From assembly GCA_013239625.1 (NCBI GenBank), contig MU053823.1:85698-149697 (forward strand): 64,000 nt of DNA. Direction: 5' to 3'. A program made the position numbers and the translations under genes. The notes beneath the pieces were generated by a model. It did no database searches. It worked only from the letters and a program-made list of their open reading frames with translations, and had not been told where the DNA came from. Shown here piece by piece: positions 62,501-64,000 of the stretch; position 1 is the first letter of the stretch; the number at the start of each line of letters is the position of its first letter. This DNA is from Lama guanicoe. Its lineage: Eukaryota.

Positions 62501-63928
62501 TTGGTGATTACTTAATACTTTAATTTCATGTATGTCCATTCACTAGGGGAGCTCTAATTACAATGATCATTCACGAATCAGGTTTTGAAACCGCTCTCTA
62601 AGCTTAAGATTGGATCCTTTTTTATTTCAAAGGGGACTCAATCCACTGGCAACGTCCTGGGAAACCTCAAGAAGTTCATGCACTCTATTATCAACCCCGG
62701 GCTCCTTCTGTTGAAGTGGAGATGACATCTTACTTGCTTCTTGCCTATCTCACTGCCCAGCCTGCCCCATCTCCAACAGATCTGTCTATGGCTACAAGTA
62801 TTGTAAAATGGATCACCAAGCAACAAAACCCCAACGGGGGTTTCTCTTCCACTCAGGTCTGTGAAGACACTCTAGGGAGAAAATTAAATATATGAATATG
62901 TATGTAGACACAACCATCTTCTAGAAGTTGAATAATTGAAAAGTGCTTCTAATTTATACTTTATTTCTCCACCACCAGAAAGGTTCCAGCCTCATTATTT
63001 TCTATATGGATAATTTCTGTGTCCTCTGGACAGTCTCAGATTTTCTCTCCTTAGTGGATCCTCAACTGTAAAATAGGTCAGCCTCACTAAAGCAATCATT
63101 ACTTTCCTGATAAAGTAAATTTTTCTTCATCTAAAGACTAAAGTTATCTCATATTCTGCCCAAAATATTTCCTCCCCAATAAACATGAATACTGCTATCT
63201 AATTAGGCTGATCCCTTCACTTTTTCTGGAATTTGCTGACTGTTTTGCATGTCTTCACATGTAATATTTCCCACCCTGGTGCTCCCTGATGCCTGTCTTC
63301 TGTCTCTATAAACTTTTCTCTTTTAAAATTTAGAGATAATCCTGTTTCTTACCTTCTTCAGTCTTCTCTTCCTATGCTAGCTCCAATTTCTTCTCTCTCC
63401 TCTGAATTTTTCCAACAAATATTGTTACATAAATTTATAAATTATTGAAATATCCTCTGGTTTAAAATTTTTGAGTCTTATTGCTATACATATATTGTAA
63501 ACTACTTGAACGGGAAACTTCTTCATTTGCCCCCAGAGTACTTAGAGTAGTTCATGATTAATAACCAGGTCTGGATTGACTGGAAATTCAATTAATGAAC
63601 TGTGTTTATGACTAAATAACTCTGAGAGAGAGCGGTGTTGACGTGGTTTATATCCAGTTGGACTTTGTTACCTTCCTCTCCTGTAATTTCTGCACACATC
63701 TTTTTTCAGGATACGGTGGTAGCGCTCCAAGCCCTCTCCAAATATGGAGCAGCAACTTTCGCTAAAAGGGAGAAAGCGGCTACAGTCACTGTCAAGTCTT
63801 CAGACTCCTTCTCTAAAGAATTTCAAGTAGATGAAGCCAATCGCCTACTGCTGCAGGAGATCAGGTTGCCAAAGATTCCAGGGGACTACAGCACAACAGT
63901 GTTGGGGTCAGGATGTGTCTACCTGCAG
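29725..63928 (+). CDS. PZP: Alpha-1-macroglobulin / pregnancy-zone-protein-like thioester protease inhibitor (A2M family), exons 1-30; continues beyond the window
   Basis: 30 GT-AG exons totalling 3981 nt (1327 codons), phase-consistent, no stops. Signal peptide, [20 protein letters not shown], bait region, [10 protein letters not shown] and thioester GCGEQ (59979-59993). By recalled sequence it is closer to mouse Pzp / rat alpha-1-macroglobulin than to human A2M/PZP, so the symbol is tentative. Confidence 0.9.
30875..31435 (-). mobile_element. Older L1 3' fragment in intron 1
   Basis: ggtgagaacatttaagttct...tatttgtct...tcacttagcacaatgccctcaaggtccatccatgt; boundaries approximate. Confidence 0.75.
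31767..31947 (+). CDS. PZP: PZP/A1M-like exon 2
   Basis: [29 protein letters not shown]...SFYCRSFT. Confidence 0.92.
32670..32826 (+). CDS. PZP: PZP/A1M-like exon 3
   Basis: [21 protein letters not shown]...[14 protein letters not shown]. Confidence 0.92.
32973..33025 (+). CDS. PZP: PZP/A1M-like exon 4
   Basis: [18 protein letters not shown]; donor gtgagt. Confidence 0.9.
33396..33694 (+). mobile_element. Two head-to-tail Vic-1-like SINEs inside one TSD
   Basis: Copies start near 33396 and 33527 (gggtatagctgagtggtagagtgtgtgcttagcatgcgtgaggtcctgggttcaatccc); TSD taaaaggtaagtcatg 33380-33395 / taaaagggaagtcatg 33695-33710. Confidence 0.85.
33899..33919 (+). CDS. PZP: PZP/A1M-like exon 5 (21-nt microexon)
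   Basis: FPVVYIE; strong polypyrimidine acceptor and gtaagt donor. Confidence 0.88.
34373..34541 (+). CDS. PZP: PZP/A1M-like exon 6
   Basis: [37 protein letters not shown]...FEVNEY. Confidence 0.92.
35805..35889 (+). CDS. PZP: PZP/A1M-like exon 7
   Basis: [29 protein letters not shown]. Confidence 0.92.
36768..37143. mobile_element. MaLR (MLT1A-like) solo LTR
   Basis: tgtcttagtccgttcaggctgct...cacagttctagaggctgagaa...atttcaacatatgaattttgagggggacataaacattcagac...ca. Confidence 0.8.
37712..37835 (+). CDS. PZP: PZP/A1M-like exon 8
   Basis: [41 protein letters not shown]. Confidence 0.92.
39246..39360 (+). CDS. PZP: PZP/A1M-like exon 9
   Basis: [38 protein letters not shown]. Confidence 0.92.
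41005..41114 (+). CDS. PZP: PZP/A1M-like exon 10
   Basis: [37 protein letters not shown]. Confidence 0.92.
42467..42628 (+). CDS. PZP: PZP/A1M-like exon 11
   Basis: [16 protein letters not shown]...[25 protein letters not shown]. Confidence 0.92.
43229..43456 (+). CDS. PZP: PZP/A1M-like exon 12
   Basis: [17 protein letters not shown]...[23 protein letters not shown]...ELTFYYL. Confidence 0.92.
44726..44789 (+). CDS. PZP: PZP/A1M-like exon 13
   Basis: [21 protein letters not shown]. Confidence 0.9.
45730..45872 (+). CDS. PZP: PZP/A1M-like exon 14
   Basis: [48 protein letters not shown]. Confidence 0.92.
48628..48777 (+). CDS. PZP: PZP/A1M-like exon 15
   Basis: [50 protein letters not shown]. 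Confidence 0.92.
49133..50080 (-). mobile_element. L1 3' portion including ORF2 C-terminal remnant
   Basis: Minus-strand [40 protein letters not shown]...[10 protein letters not shown] is L1 ORF2 sequence, followed by 3'UTR and poly-A. Confidence 0.9.
51615..51776 (+). CDS. PZP: PZP/A1M-like exon 16
   Basis: VYDLLPVKS...[18 protein letters not shown]...DDVYSIFE; donor gag|gtcttt is weak. Confidence 0.85.
53294..53393 (+). CDS. PZP: PZP/A1M-like exon 17 (start of bait region)
   Basis: [33 protein letters not shown]; donor gtaaga. Confidence 0.88.
55629..55767 (+). CDS. PZP: PZP/A1M-like exon 18 (end of bait region)
   Basis: (A)[51 protein letters not shown] acceptor cacag|cag|. Confidence 0.88.
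56166..56394 (+). CDS. PZP: PZP/A1M-like exon 19
   Basis: [26 protein letters not shown]...[35 protein letters not shown]. Confidence 0.93.
56910..57036 (+). CDS. PZP: PZP/A1M-like exon 20
   Basis: [42 protein letters not shown]. Confidence 0.9.
57201..57766 (+). mobile_element. Solo LTR, probably ERV class I, sense orientation in intron 20
   Basis: TG...CA ends, 4-bp TSD GAAT (57197-57200, 57767-57770), TATAAAA 57571-57577, AATAAA 57644-57649, tandem CCAAT-box repeats. Confidence 0.85.
57805..57926 (+). CDS. PZP: PZP/A1M-like exon 21
   Basis: [41 protein letters not shown]. Confidence 0.92.
58135..58186 (+). CDS. PZP: PZP/A1M-like exon 22
   Basis: [17 protein letters not shown]; aag acceptor, gtaagt donor. 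Confidence 0.9.
58550..58740 (+). mobile_element. L1 3'UTR fragment lacking its terminal tail
   Basis: gggaagggataaattgggagctcaagatttgcagatactaacta...tatatagcacagggg...tatggtgaaagagaa; stops before the terminal poly-A motif. Confidence 0.75.
59152..59235 (+). CDS. PZP: PZP/A1M-like exon 23
   Basis: [28 protein letters not shown]. Confidence 0.9.
59520..59548. repeat. (GT)n microsatellite
   Basis: About 14 GT units. Confidence 0.9.
59670..59762 (-). mobile_element. Vic-1-like SINE
   Basis: ggcattggggattgaacccaagacctcatgcatgccaagcatgtgctctaccactaagctgtaccc is the reverse complement of the SINE head. Confidence 0.8.
59923..60099 (+). CDS. PZP: PZP/A1M-like exon 24 (thioester GCGEQ)
   Basis: [59 protein letters not shown]. 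Confidence 0.95.
60379..60466 (+). CDS. PZP: PZP/A1M-like exon 25
   Basis: [30 protein letters not shown]. Confidence 0.93.
61106..61262 (+). CDS. PZP: PZP/A1M-like exon 26
   Basis: [19 protein letters not shown]...[20 protein letters not shown]. Confidence 0.93.
61634..61708 (+). CDS. PZP: PZP/A1M-like exon 27
   Basis: [25 protein letters not shown]. Confidence 0.93.
61999..62176 (+). CDS. PZP: PZP/A1M-like exon 28
   Basis: [17 protein letters not shown]...[33 protein letters not shown]. Confidence 0.92.
62633..62856 (+). CDS. PZP: PZP/A1M-like exon 29
   Basis: [12 protein letters not shown]...[52 protein letters not shown]. Confidence 0.92.
63710..63928 (+). CDS. PZP: PZP/A1M-like exon 30
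   Basis: [17 protein letters not shown]...[30 protein letters not shown]; donor gtgaga. Confidence 0.93.
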
Positions 63929-64000
63929 GTGAGACTGCCACGGTTTGGGGGATACTACAAATGGGAGAAAGTCTCAAGAATTAGATTTGAATTTCAAAAT

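Overview
Mammalian genomic DNA, most likely from a camelid (it carries copies of a tRNA-derived Vic-1-like SINE and a matching young L1 3' end), from the alpha-2-macroglobulin (A2M) gene cluster. Three A2M-family loci lie in tandem on the + strand. (1) The last 11 coding exons of an apparently intact ovostatin homolog (OVOS2-like; 467-11320). (2) A decayed 5' ovostatin fragment (exons 1-3, 17922-19425) that the ORF track misses, with a nonsense codon, a truncated exon 2 and a GC donor. (3) Exons 1-30 of an intact alpha-1-macroglobulin / rodent-Pzp-type protease inhibitor (29725-63928, about 1327 codons, running off the window) with a GCGEQ thioester. I traced all splice junctions by hand and their phases are consistent. 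The most interesting observations are a collagen-like Gly-X-Y bait region with a NAGNAG acceptor, loss of a conserved disulfide cysteine, a His at the thioester-catalytic position of the ovostatin, two solo LTRs with perfect target-site duplications (one a sense-oriented CCAAT/octamer-rich promoter 38 bp upstream of an exon), a U6-L1 chimera and several composite retroelements. No prokaryotic features or CRISPR arrays were seen, and I cannot claim a wholly new biological system. Comparisons to reference proteins are from memory and need database confirmation.
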